Part shown: positions 29,223 to 37,805 of the stretch, piece after piece
Layout of the letters: the number at the start of each line of letters is the position of its first letter
Position numbering within the stretch: position 1 is the stretch's first letter
NCBI GenBank assembly: GCA_021146325.1
Contig: GCA_021146325.1_4321.1
From: a phage
Reading direction: 5' to 3' (one strand)
Length of the DNA: 45,885 nucleotides
Translations under genes and position numbers: made by a program
The notes under the pieces: model-generated
Databases searched by the model: none
What the model was told of the DNA's origin: nothing
What the model saw: the letters and a program-made list of their open reading frames with translations, nothing else

Positions 29223-29409
29223 TATGAAACTTAAAGACGAAGCATTTGAGCAATTAAAGCAGGAATGTGCGCTGATTGGATTGAACAATGACTATACTGA
29301 TATGGTTTTACGCGGACGCATCGATATCGACCTTGCTAAGCAATTCCAGTCAGATGATGAATATATGTGCTGCGATGGCCTCGGCTGCGACGAATGTTTA
29401 CCATGGTAA
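29223..29409 (+). CDS. hypothetical protein with C-terminal Cys cluster
   Basis: 62 aa from ATG 29223 (RBS AGGAGAGAG); ends CCDGLGCDEC. Confidence 0.5.
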
Positions 29410-29420
29410 GGAGCCGAATA

Positions 29421-29612
29421 ATGAAAGTTAAGTGCTTAAATAATCTTAATGATGGAACCTGGGAATTCAGTAGTTGAAAGCATTACAGTTATGATGAAAT
29501 TTATGGTTACGTAGTTGGTGATAACTTCAAGCCAGTTTACTGCTACATTGAAAATGGCCTTGTTATTGCCGCTGTTAAGCGTCGATTGATTTTTGAAATT
29601 TTAGAGGATTAA
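29421..29612 (+). pseudogene. small ORF with one in-frame TGA at codon 19 (29475..29477)
   Basis: the frame is open for 18 codons before and 44 codons after the TGA; no start codon after it. Confidence 0.4.
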
Positions 29613-29613
29613 C

Positions 29614-29817
29614 ATGAAACTTCTTTGCACTAACATAATTGAAGACTTTAACGACGCCTTCAATAAGGGCTCTGAATACAACGCTACCGAGTTTAAAAAT
29701 GATATGTGCCTTGTTACCGGCGAACGTCCACACAAGCATCACGACACGTTCCAGGCGCTTAAATGCCTTGATTACGTAATCATCCACGGCATCGCAACTT
29801 TTAAGGTGATTGAATAA
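29614..29817 (+). CDS. hypothetical protein
   Basis: 67-aa ORF with RBS GAGGA. Confidence 0.5.
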   Translation: MKLLCTNIIEDFNDAFNKGSEYNATEFKNDMCLVTGERPHKHHDTFQALKCLDYVIIHGIATFKVIE

Positions 29818-29981
29818 TGCTTTTACCATCTGAGATAAACTATTTCGATCTGGAAATGATTAGTGCTTACAGCGGAAAGGGTTGGCCTTGCGGGGACTGG
29901 TTTAACGAGGACCTGCTTGAGTCTCACGAGATTATGTTGAAGGCAATTGAGAAGGCCAGAAGAAATAGCACTAATTGCTAA
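29817..29981 (+). CDS. small hypothetical protein ending RRNSTNC
   Basis: 54-aa ORF; 3' end lies in the promoter motif. Confidence 0.4.
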   Translation: MLLPSEINYFDLEMISAYSGKGWPCGDWFNEDLLESHEIMLKAIEKARRNSTNC

Positions 29982-30008
29982 AACTCACCGCCACGGATGG
30001 CGTATATT
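29963..30008 (+). promoter_or_regulatory. promoter cassette copy (perfect IR TAGCACTAATTGCTA, 22 bp, TATATT, CATCGAAACGAAAGAGAG)
   Basis: IR core 29966..29980. Confidence 0.6.
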
Positions 30009-30040
30009 TACTCCATCGAAACGAAAGAGAGCAAGAGATC

Positions 30041-30202
30041 ATGTTCGACAACTTTTATGACGCGATGGAAGAGGCGGTTTTCAGGGCGTCGATAGATGGT
30101 AAGATTTACGGTTTAGTTCAGAAGTTTGATAAGATTGTTGTGCGTATTGTGCGCAAATCAGTACCAAACAAATTCATGTGGACAACTAAGAGATTAAAAT
30201 AA
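30041..30202 (+). CDS. small hypothetical protein
   Basis: 53 aa from ATG 30041, downstream of the cassette leader. Confidence 0.45.
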   Translation: MFDNFYDAMEEAVFRASIDGKIYGLVQKFDKIVVRIVRKSVPNKFMWTTKRLK

Positions 30203-30591
30203 TGACTACTACGATAACCAAAAATTTCATTAGCAACGACAACAAGCTATTTAAAGCTCGCGTTAAAAAGATTCACCAGTGGGTTAACGGTGTCGCTGAG
30301 GAAGTTGAATTTGAGCAAATCAAAAAAGACGGCAAATGGATCAACCTGGAAGAACGTGGAAAATACATTAAAACCAAAACTCTTTACTGCACAAAGGTTA
30401 ACCATAAGTCTGGCGTTAAGAAAGACTTCAAAGAAGGTAAGCGATACCAGGTCAACATGCATAGCTTACTTGGTCAGTCAGCTGGATACATTTACGATGA
30501 AGATGGCAACGCCTGGCAGCTATATCGCAGCGAAGATGTTGGCTTTTATACGTTGTGTGAAACTTACCACTTTGAGGCTCAATACAAATGA
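30202..30591 (+). CDS. hypothetical protein
   Basis: 129-aa ORF. Confidence 0.5.
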   Translation: MTTTITKNFISNDNKLFKARVKKIHQWVNGVAEEVEFEQIKKDGKWINLEERGKYIKTKTLYCTKVNHKSGVKKDFKEGKRYQVNMHSLLGQSAGYIYDEDGNAWQLYRSEDVGFYTLCETYHFEAQYK

Positions 30592-30758
30592 AATTATACA
30601 TTGTAAGTGGTTGCACACACTATGATGGAAGCGAAGTGATTGCCGCTTTCGATGAAGAATTCAAAGCACAGGAGTTTAAATATAACAAAGAAATATCTTC
30701 AGAAAATCACTTTGACTACTACAAGATAGATTGCATCTTACTAAATAGCACTAATTGA
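30588..30758 (+). CDS. small hypothetical protein ending LLNSTN
   Basis: 56-aa ORF; 3' end lies in the promoter motif. Confidence 0.4.
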   Translation: MKLYIVSGCTHYDGSEVIAAFDEEFKAQEFKYNKEISSENHFDYYKIDCILLNSTN

Positions 30759-30788
30759 TAATGCATTATAAGCGGCTATTGATATAAT
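30743..30788 (+). promoter_or_regulatory. promoter cassette copy (IR TAGCACTAATTGATA, 22 bp, TATAAT)
   Basis: IR core 30746..30760. Confidence 0.55.
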
Positions 30789-30817
30789 GGCCGCTCATAA
30801 CAACACGGAGAGAAGTA

Positions 30818-32401
30818 ATGTTTGATTTCAACGAAGATAAACTATCTGTTGAGCAGATTATGGCAATCGCTGCCAATGACAACCTACCACCGCTTCGCGT
30901 GGCTATTAATGCCAATGGCTATCGACAGTCTCAATCGTTCTGGAAAGCACCTGTCGAGATTGATACAGGTAATGATAAGTATCCAGTAATCTCACTCGGT
31001 AATGATATTGATGTTGTTGGTAAGCTATCGGCTAATATCGCTCGCTCGGTTCAGTTCCCTGAGTCGTCAGCTTACATGCACTTTCTTGGTTGTGTTTCTG
31101 CTGCAATGCTTGGGCGTTTTACTGTCGAGTATCATGGAACCCAACAGCCAACATCTTTGTACGTGGTAACAAGTCAGCCGCCTTCAACTGGTAAATCAGC
31201 CATTAACTCGCTATCAATTGCGCCGATGATTGCTGAGACTGAGCGGTTGAATGAAGTACGTAAACGTGATCGAAAAAAGATTATGGCTAAACTGTCCGCT
31301 CTGGCTAAAGAGATGAAGCAGGAAAAATCACCTTCTGAAATGGCTTCACTTTTTGAGGAGAAGGAGGATTTAGAGGAGAAGCTCGAGAAGCTATGCGATA
31401 TAGTATTCCCTGTCTCCGATACTACTCCGGAAGGTCTTGCGCGAATCAACAATCGCCAGGGTAGTTTTGCGGTAATCTCTGATGAGGCTACTAGCGTCAA
31501 CTCACTGTTAGGCATGACTTACGGTGATGGCTCGAAGAAAACGAACAGCGAGCTCGTGCTGAAAGCATGGGATGCAGGTAATGTGTCAATTGCCCGTGCG
31601 AACGCAGAAAATAACATGAGCTTTGTGGCTATGGGATGCATCTCCGTAATTGCTCAGGATGAAACAATCAATGCCATTATGAATGCTGGTGCGCGTGGTA
31701 TTGGTGTATCTGAGCGTTTCCTTCTGGTGCGTGAAAAATCATTTCTTGGCGACCGTGTATTTGTTGATGAAAATGGTGATTCAACCTATGAGGCTATTGA
31801 TGGCGGCCTGAAAGCAGACTATTTCCGTCTTGTTCATGAGATTATGAATGAAGTTGAAGTGAAACTTACTGTAAGCGCGTCATCAATGCGTTACCTTAAC
31901 CGCGCTCGTCAAGAGATGGAGCCTCATCTTGGTGATGGTGGCAAGTATTCTCACACAATGTTGCGCGGTGCTCTTGGTAAGTTTGATAAGCAAGCAATCC
32001 GCATCGCTTCTGTTCTGCACGTAATTCGTAACTGGTTCTCACCAGCCGGATCCAGCCCTCAAAAGTCAAGAGAGATTGAACTGGATACAATGCAGGAAGC
32101 GGTTATGATTTTCAACGAACTAAGCAAGACTTATTTATCATCCGCTAGTGCTGCTGGTCATGCTGGTGACAATGCCGAGATGAACAAGCTGGTTGATATC
32201 CTGATTAAGCAGGGCAAGAATGGTAAAGGTGTTGTTGGTGTTCGCTCGTTGTATGAGGCTGCACGCAAGGTTAAACCTTTTGAAGGTCAGGCTGGAATTA
32301 TGACTCGCATTAAGGACCACTTGATTCCTATGCTTGATGAGAAAAACTACACATGCCTGATTGGTGATAAAATTTACATTAATCCACGATTGCTGGGGTA
32401 A
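30818..32401 (+). CDS. P-loop NTPase-like protein of unknown function, possibly replication-associated
   Basis: 527-aa ORF with Walker A-like SQPPSTGKSA. Confidence 0.5.
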   Translation: MFDFNEDKLSVEQIMAIAANDNLPPLRVAINANGYRQSQSFWKAPVEIDTGNDKYPVISLGNDIDVVGKLSANIARSVQFPESSAYMHFLGCVSAAMLGRFTVEYHGTQQPTSLYVVTSQPPSTGKSAINSLSIAPMIAETERLNEVRKRDRKKIMAKLSALAKEMKQEKSPSEMASLFEEKEDLEEKLEKLCDIVFPVSDTTPEGLARINNRQGSFAVISDEATSVNSLLGMTYGDGSKKTNSELVLKAWDAGNVSIARANAENNMSFVAMGCISVIAQDETINAIMNAGARGIGVSERFLLVREKSFLGDRVFVDENGDSTYEAIDGGLKADYFRLVHEIMNEVEVKLTVSASSMRYLNRARQEMEPHLGDGGKYSHTMLRGALGKFDKQAIRIASVLHVIRNWFSPAGSSPQKSREIELDTMQEAVMIFNELSKTYLSSASAAGHAGDNAEMNKLVDILIKQGKNGKGVVGVRSLYEAARKVKPFEGQAGIMTRIKDHLIPMLDEKNYTCLIGDKIYINPRLLG

Positions 32402-32404
32402 TTT

Positions 32405-32746
32405 ATGTACCTGCTCGACCTGTATAATTTCTGCGAAGGATACAAGAACTTCAACCGCCAGCACCTGGCAAGATTCATCTATAAGCACAAGGATTGCGCA
32501 AGGATGGCCAAGGCTGCCGGGGTTGATGAAAGGTATTTTGCCTCAAGTTGCTCGAAGGAGTTTATGGCGAGAATGCTTACGGCTGGGTATCTTGATGGAG
32601 TTAATGGAGTGTACTGGTGTAAGGGTTCAATTAAGCGACCATTTCAGTTTGAATTCATGAGCCTTGAAGGTAGGTCCAGTGATTACGTCAGTGAGATGAT
32701 GAACATAGCCAACATGAGTGATGACGAATTGTTTGCACAAAAATAG
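32405..32746 (+). CDS. hypothetical protein
   Basis: 113-aa ORF, last gene before a plus-strand terminator. Confidence 0.45.
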   Translation: MYLLDLYNFCEGYKNFNRQHLARFIYKHKDCARMAKAAGVDERYFASSCSKEFMARMLTAGYLDGVNGVYWCKGSIKRPFQFEFMSLEGRSSDYVSEMMNIANMSDDELFAQK

Positions 32747-32772
32747 CCCCATTACGGGGCTTTTTTGTTTTT
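32744..32772 (+). terminator. rho-independent terminator
   Basis: hairpin GCCCC-ATTAC-GGGGC then TTTTTTGTTTTT. Confidence 0.7.
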
Positions 32773-33138
32773 CCTGAATATCATTAAGAGCAGAATGATG
32801 ATGACGCAAAACATGATTCCACTCCCAATCCACGGGATTGCAGACGAATCATTGTTGGTGATTTCAATCTTCTCAGCCGTGATTGTTGATGCCTTGATTG
32901 AGTTATCAGAAGTCTTTTTACCGCTTGAACTATCAAGAGTGTCAACCTTAGAGTTCTTCACTTCAGCCTTTGCGCTGGAACTTGAATCAACCTTATTAGT
33001 TAGCCCTACTCCAACCTTGTTATTCTCCGCACCTGCTTGAGCGCTAATCTCTGGCTTACTACCAATCAACCCGGTCAGCGCAGATGTTGCCGAGCAACCA
33101 GAAAGCAGAATTACCGCAGCAATTAATACAGCCTTCAT
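32752..33138 (-). CDS. unimolecular spanin (outer-membrane lipoprotein with C-terminal transmembrane helix)
   Basis: lipobox LLSGC, C-terminal TM IMFCVIIILLLMIF; follows the endolysin gene as in phage T1. Confidence 0.7.
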   Translation of the reverse strand: MKAVLIAAVILLSGCSATSALTGLIGSKPEISAQAGAENNKVGVGLTNKVDSSSSAKAEVKNSKVDTLDSSSGKKTSDNSIKASTITAEKIEITNNDSSAIPWIGSGIMFCVIIILLLMIFRKNKKAP

Positions 33139-33620
33139 TTACCCACCCCACTTAAGCATAATTTAATCTCCTCGTTGCGCCTGTTAACGAGGCCTTTAAC
33201 AACTTTTAGCTTGCCATTTACTCGAGCTTTATTCCAGGAGGCGAGAGCATTACAACCCTCTTCAATCTTGCCCTGATTAATCAGCTTAACAGCTGTTGAC
33301 TTCCTCATTGCAGAACCGCCAACGTTGTAGCTAAAGCTGATTAACGCAGCCCTTGTTTCTGCAGCAATTGGATATGTAACTGCATCCTGCACATACTTGC
33401 CATGAATCTGAATGTGCTTCTCCAGTAAGTTCCTGCACTCCCTTGCACTGTACTTTTTACCCCACACTACATCAGGACCAGTGATACCTGAACAAACCGT
33501 AGGAATGCCTGCAATGTCCATGTAAGGCTTGTATTCCACACCTTCTACTAGCTCAATAATCGGCGCTGCGATGTATATTGCCGCAGCCGTCGCTGCACTA
33601 ATTAACAGCTTCTGCTTCAT
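33135..33620 (-). CDS. endolysin, lysozyme-like with N-terminal signal-anchor-release-like segment
   Basis: catalytic spacing E-x8-D-x5-T (EGVEYKPYMDIAGIPT) and hydrophobic N-terminus. Confidence 0.75.
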   Translation of the reverse strand: MKQKLLISAATAAAIYIAAPIIELVEGVEYKPYMDIAGIPTVCSGITGPDVVWGKKYSARECRNLLEKHIQIHGKYVQDAVTYPIAAETRAALISFSYNVGGSAMRKSTAVKLINQGKIEEGCNALASWNKARVNGKLKVVKGLVNRRNEEIKLCLSGVGK

Positions 33621-33835
33621 TACTTACTCCTGATATTGATAGCTGTCTTTAAATCACCCGACTCTAGAGCCTTCCTGATTGCCTGACTGTCCTTAAACCT
33701 CCAACATGCTCCCCACAGCCCGAAAACAACAAAAGCCACAGTGCTGATTATTGCTATAGTCATTTGACCAGTTGCGGCACTAGTTACAGCGGCCCCGCCG
33801 GTTGATGCCGTGGCGGCGTTAATTACTTCCCTCAT
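33620..33835 (-). CDS. holin
   Basis: 71 aa from Met MREV (RBS AAAGGTGA) with hydrophobic TM segment and charged C-terminus; first gene of the lysis cassette. Confidence 0.6.
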   Translation of the reverse strand: MREVINAATASTGGAAVTSAATGQMTIAIISTVAFVVFGLWGACWRFKDSQAIRKALESGDLKTAINIRSK

Positions 33836-33878
33836 GTGATCACCTTTAAATCCTAATTTGTCAATACATAGTGCAAAT

Positions 33879-33907
33879 ATCATACATTAGCACTTTCTGA
33901 ATTGTAA
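33879..33907 (-). promoter_or_regulatory. sigma70-like promoter (TTACAA, 17 bp, TATGAT) upstream of the lysis cassette
   Basis: hexamers and spacing read on the minus strand. Confidence 0.35.
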
Positions 33908-33963
33908 GCACAAAAAAAAGGGAGCCAAAGGCCCCCTGCTTGCAAATCTATGTTTTGTATATT

Positions 33964-34137
33964 CTATTCTGCGATAATAAATTCCACCAAAGAGCCATCA
34001 ATTGGCGCCAGGATGTGAGTCATATCGTCTCCGTAAATCTTGTAGTAACCATCTCCAAGCGACTCTCCGCTATAAGGTTGGCTCTCGGTAAAAGGCAGTG
34101 TCTTGGAGTTGTTTTTAACGCAGTATAATTTAGTCAT
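33964..34137 (-). CDS. small hypothetical protein
   Basis: 57-aa ORF downstream of a promoter cassette; not in the ORF track. Confidence 0.4.
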   Translation of the reverse strand: MTKLYCVKNNSKTLPFTESQPYSGESLGDGYYKIYGDDMTHILAPIDGSLVEFIIAE

Positions 34138-34168
34138 TTTTGAACCCTCTGTTGTTTTCGATGTTGTG

Positions 34169-34214
34169 ATTATGCCGCATCTCTACGGCGATTGTTTAGC
34201 AATTCGTGCTATTG
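34169..34214 (-). promoter_or_regulatory. promoter cassette copy (perfect IR TAGCACGAATTGCTA, 22 bp, CATAAT, CATCGAAAAC)
   Basis: IR core 34197..34211; motif supplies the kinase C-terminus INSTNC and stop. Confidence 0.6.
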
Positions 34215-34750
34215 ATCACATCAATTACTATTTCTGTGGTTCTTTTAATATCACCTTCAATAACATCAATATCAATCTCCCTGGCGCAGACACCACTAAG
34301 ATACGACCTACTATCTCCTTCGAAAGTGTATCCATGTCGATGAAGTCTAATTAATGTAACTTCAACACCTTCATCAATTAGTGGCTTAATCTCACTCGCG
34401 AACCCACCATCAGAACAAATGTAGCATCCATCACCAAGTGATTGCGCGAGCCTTTTACCAAAAACATCATCGCCAAAAACTGGCTTCATCACTGATTCGC
34501 TAATCCAAATCATAAATTCACGAACAGTCATTCCACCAAGAAATTCGTGTGGTGATTCTTTGTACCCTCGGTCATCGTAATTATTAATAAATCCATCAAA
34601 CTCATCGCTTGATAGTATTCCTTTTGCAACATTAAACATTGGTGACTTGAATGAAACCTTATCCTTGCAAATTCCAAGATTAACAATGATATCTGCAACT
34701 GTATCTTTTCCAGCACCAGGGGGTGCATTAATGATGATTAACTTTTTCAT
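34196..34750 (-). CDS. P-loop nucleotide or polynucleotide kinase (dNMP kinase-like)
   Basis: N-terminus MKKLIIINAPPGAGKDT resembles T4 dNMP kinase; start taken at Met 17 of the ORF-track ORF. Confidence 0.6.
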   Translation of the reverse strand: MKKLIIINAPPGAGKDTVADIIVNLGICKDKVSFKSPMFNVAKGILSSDEFDGFINNYDDRGYKESPHEFLGGMTVREFMIWISESVMKPVFGDDVFGKRLAQSLGDGCYICSDGGFASEIKPLIDEGVEVTLIRLHRHGYTFEGDSRSYLSGVCAREIDIDVIEGDIKRTTEIVIDVINSTNC

Positions 34751-34751
34751 T

Positions 34752-35225
34752 TTATTCTCCGTGAGATTCGCAGTCTTTTGGTAATTCTTTATATTCACAA
34801 ACTGACATTACAGTATATCCGCAATTCCTTAGGTGACTGATAACATTAGGATTATCCTCAAAGATTATCACACTTGCTTTGTCACCATTACACAAATCAT
34901 TTAGCCACATCTCTTTAATGATATAGTCATTTCTGTTATCCAATCTACTCCTCATATATATTCCATCATAATTAATATTATTATACTGAAGCCATTCAAG
35001 CGTCATACATTCGACTTCGTCACTTCTTGAAGTCATGATGTAAACTGGCGATAACTCAGCTAACGCATTCATCATGTTTATCATTGGAATTATAGGTGAA
35101 TCTCCAGAACAGGCTCTATTGTAATCACCCCAACTTGAAGTCAAGTGAAGGTCACTAGATGGTAAGAGGTAGCTTCTATGTTCATTGTTAGCAATAGTTC
35201 CATCAATATCAAACACGTAAATCAT
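34752..35225 (-). CDS. HAD-superfamily phosphatase
   Basis: motif I VFDIDGTI at the N-terminus; paired with the kinase gene. Confidence 0.6.
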   Translation of the reverse strand: MIYVFDIDGTIANNEHRSYLLPSSDLHLTSSWGDYNRACSGDSPIIPMINMMNALAELSPVYIMTSRSDEVECMTLEWLQYNNINYDGIYMRSRLDNRNDYIIKEMWLNDLCNGDKASVIIFEDNPNVISHLRNCGYTVMSVCEYKELPKDCESHGE

Positions 35226-35255
35226 TACAACTCCTCATCTCGTTATCGTTTATTC

Positions 35256-35301
35256 ATTTTGCCTCAATCCTTTGAGGCTTTATTAACAAAAAGTGCTACT
35301 T
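35256..35301 (-). promoter_or_regulatory. promoter cassette copy (IR TAGCACTTTTTGTTA, 22 bp, CAAAAT)
   Basis: IR core 35284..35298. Confidence 0.45.
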
Positions 35302-36433
35302 AGAACATCTCAGGGCGACAAATAAATCGACCAACCTCACCAAAACGCTTATGGTAAACGATTACCGCTGCTTGACGCATTGAGCGCCATCCTCCATTAG
35401 CTGAGTAGGCATCTGGCGCGCCAAGCTGACCATGAACTTCATCGATACCCAGGTTTGTTTCTGTAATTTTCTGACTATGCCAGTGGCCCGAGTGTGTATA
35501 GACATATTCGCTGTTACCGAATAGTTTACGAAAGTCTGTAGCCATTACTGTAAGTCGAGTTTCAGCTTTTCGCATCTGGTGACCATGAGTATAACCAATC
35601 AATGTTGAGCCGAAGCTTGTCATCAGCATTGCTGCTGGGCTTACGTCGACAGTAATTCGCTCCTCGTCTTCATAGAATGCCGCCAATGCTGCACGCAACC
35701 AAACCATCCCAGCTTCGTCGTGATTTCCACTTATTACTTTAATATCAATGATTTGGTGCTTCTCAAGCATCCTTGAAACCGCACGACGCACTGAGCGGAT
35801 TGCTACGTAAACCAATTTAGCATAGCGACTGTCGCTGTCTAAGATATGTCCTGATGCTGGTGTTTTAGCCTCTAGAGAGTCGTAATGCAGAAAATCACCC
35901 CCCAAAACTAATGTCGCATTTCTTGATTTAGGAGCCTTATCTACAGCATAATCAAAGAAGCTATTCATTACCTTCTCTGCTGTTGCAGTGTCGTAGTTTT
36001 CACCGCACTCATGCTTATGAGCCATTGCGCCAATGTGAAGGTCGAAAACAGGATACATAGCCATAGTGTCATCGTCAAAATCAATGTCTGGGCACTCGCT
36101 GGCAATTGCCTTTGGTAAATCAGAACAGAAGGCTTCACGCGCTTGCTCAAGCAGAATCTCAAGGCGTTCATTATCAACGCTTGTCTTAACCCACCGGATT
36201 TTCTCATTCCCTTCCGCATCAATCATGGTAGAAGTGCCTTTTACCATGTATCCATCTGGCACTAGCTTCTTGATACCTTCATTACCATGCCCAACACCAC
36301 TCTTGGCTAACTTGCTGCGACGAAGCTCAACGTTGCGAATGTTCATGCCGTACTTCTCTGCAATTGCCTTGTTAGTCAGGCCATTCTTCAATTCTTCAGT
36401 TAACTGTTCATTTGTAATCTTTGCTACTGCCAT
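35300..36433 (-). CDS. calcineurin-like metallophosphoesterase with N-terminal HTH-like segment
   Basis: motifs DLH, GGDFLHYD, GNHDE, GHQ, GHWH; N-terminal LTNKAIAEKYGMNIRNVELRR. Confidence 0.65.
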   Translation of the reverse strand: MAVAKITNEQLTEELKNGLTNKAIAEKYGMNIRNVELRRSKLAKSGVGHGNEGIKKLVPDGYMVKGTSTMIDAEGNEKIRWVKTSVDNERLEILLEQAREAFCSDLPKAIASECPDIDFDDDTMAMYPVFDLHIGAMAHKHECGENYDTATAEKVMNSFFDYAVDKAPKSRNATLVLGGDFLHYDSLEAKTPASGHILDSDSRYAKLVYVAIRSVRRAVSRMLEKHQIIDIKVISGNHDEAGMVWLRAALAAFYEDEERITVDVSPAAMLMTSFGSTLIGYTHGHQMRKAETRLTVMATDFRKLFGNSEYVYTHSGHWHSQKITETNLGIDEVHGQLGAPDAYSANGGWRSMRQAAVIVYHKRFGEVGRFICRPEMF

Positions 36434-36456
36434 TTTTAAGTCCTTAGTTCATCACG

Positions 36457-36502
36457 ATAAAATATAAGATAGTAAAGCTAAACAGTGGCACTAATGCTAC
36501 TG
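36457..36502 (-). promoter_or_regulatory. degenerate promoter cassette copy (TAGCATTAGTGCCAC, 22 bp, TTTTAT)
   Basis: weak match, spacing conserved. Confidence 0.3.
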
Positions 36503-36514
36503 GGGCGGCGTACT

Positions 36515-36766
36515 TCATACAACCTCTTTCAGCCAGTAATCAATTAAATCAGCACTAATTGCTAATTTTTGGTCCAGGTCTGTCATGCACAGATTACCGC
36601 ACGCTGGAGAGTAGTAAATCTGTACCCATTTACCGTCCTTCGTCTTCGCGTTAACATCCACATAGTCAGGTGGAAACCAGTCATCAATAGGTATCGCTCT
36701 AAACTTCTTCCCACTATCACTATGCACTAAATTATAATGCTCAGGCTGAAAATCTAATCCCAACAT
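36515..36766 (-). CDS. hypothetical protein
   Basis: 83-aa ORF. Confidence 0.45.
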   Translation of the reverse strand: MLGLDFQPEHYNLVHSDSGKKFRAIPIDDWFPPDYVDVNAKTKDGKWVQIYYSPACGNLCMTDLDQKLAISADLIDYWLKEVV

Positions 36767-36768
36767 AA

Positions 36769-37011
36769 CTAAACCTTCGTTATCTTAAATTTGAATCCCT
36801 TCTCTTTCAGGAACTCATTCGTGTTTATCGTGACGCCAGGTTTAACCCTGACATACTTGCGCGGCCTTTCATCCATGTACGTAAACTTACCGTTGAAGAT
36901 GACACTGATATCTTTTATATCGAAGTACTTAGATATCATCTTAATGTCGTCCTGAATGCCAGCATCTGCGCAGTGGGCCCAGACTGCGGCCCGTCCTGTT
37001 TCAACTATCAT
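36769..37011 (-). CDS. hypothetical protein
   Basis: 80-aa ORF. Confidence 0.45.
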   Translation of the reverse strand: MIVETGRAAVWAHCADAGIQDDIKMISKYFDIKDISVIFNGKFTYMDERPRKYVRVKPGVTINTNEFLKEKGFKFKITKV

Positions 37012-37299
37012 AAGCCGTATGCCATTTTCAGGTATTCTTTAGCACACATCCATGACCATTCTGATTTATTCTTAACAGCATCAATAGCGTAAACCTGTGC
37101 AATATCGAGCATCTCTTTATCTACAATTTTCATCAGTTCAATACCTCACATTCAAAACTAAAAACAATCATATCGTCATAATCAGTTAAGTAGAAAGCTG
37201 TGCCATCAAAGTTCTTCTCAGCCTCAAGCACGGTTTTACCGCCATTGCTTTTAATCCAGTTCGATAATGCCATCGTTGGGTTTGTTATTACGATTTTCA

Positions 37300-37521
37300 T
37301 TATTCAAAATCCCCCTTGCAATCTTTCTTCATCTCTGCAATATCTGCAACCATGCGGTCGCGCCACGTCTCGATATCAGTTCGCAAGTAATCTTCTTCAA
37401 AACTGTAATCAAGGCACCGGGCCAAATCCCAAACATCACCTTTATATCCAGCCTTGTGTAATTCCTGGGCCGCCATCGCCTGAAAGAGTTCCCATTGCTT
37501 GTCAAAAGTTAAAATTGCCAT
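37300..37521 (-). CDS. hypothetical protein
   Basis: 73-aa ORF. Confidence 0.45.
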   Translation of the reverse strand: MAILTFDKQWELFQAMAAQELHKAGYKGDVWDLARCLDYSFEEDYLRTDIETWRDRMVADIAEMKKDCKGDFE

Positions 37522-37526
37522 TACTC

Positions 37527-37721
37527 TTATACCTCATCAAATTTTTCGCCGAATTCGTTTTTAACAGTTTCCAGATCATATTTGTAAGTTGGGCTAACTT
37601 CGAATGCATATGTGCAGTCTTCAATGTCAACCAAAACATAACCATCTTCAGTTACTTGCATCTCGTAGATGTAGCCAGTCTTGCGTGATTCGTAGAATTT
37701 ACCAGTATAGATAGTAGCCAT
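37527..37721 (-). CDS. hypothetical protein
   Basis: 64-aa ORF directly downstream of the cassette leader CATCGAAACGAAACACAC. Confidence 0.5.
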   Translation of the reverse strand: MATIYTGKFYESRKTGYIYEMQVTEDGYVLVDIEDCTYAFEVSPTYKYDLETVKNEFGEKFDEV

Positions 37722-37759
37722 TTTCTTTCTCTCTTTGTGTGTTTCGTTTCGATGAGTTG

Positions 37760-37805
37760 ATAATACACCAACTCACCAATTCGTCTTTGGAAATTCGTGC
37801 TATTT
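37760..37805 (-). promoter_or_regulatory. promoter cassette copy (IR TAGCACGAATTTCCA, 22 bp, TATTAT, CATCGAAACGAAA)
   Basis: IR core 37788..37802; its TAG is the VRR-NUC stop codon. Confidence 0.55.

Noticed and set aside
33910-33945. Apparent terminator hairpin GGGAGCC...GGCCCCC upstream of the holin gene
   Set aside because: The arms are not complementary on checking; only a 3-bp stem forms.
35261-35278. Hairpin GCCTCAA-N3-TTGAGGC as a terminator
   Set aside because: The T-run is on the plus strand while all flanking genes are on the minus strand, and the hairpin lies inside the 22-bp spacer of a promoter cassette.
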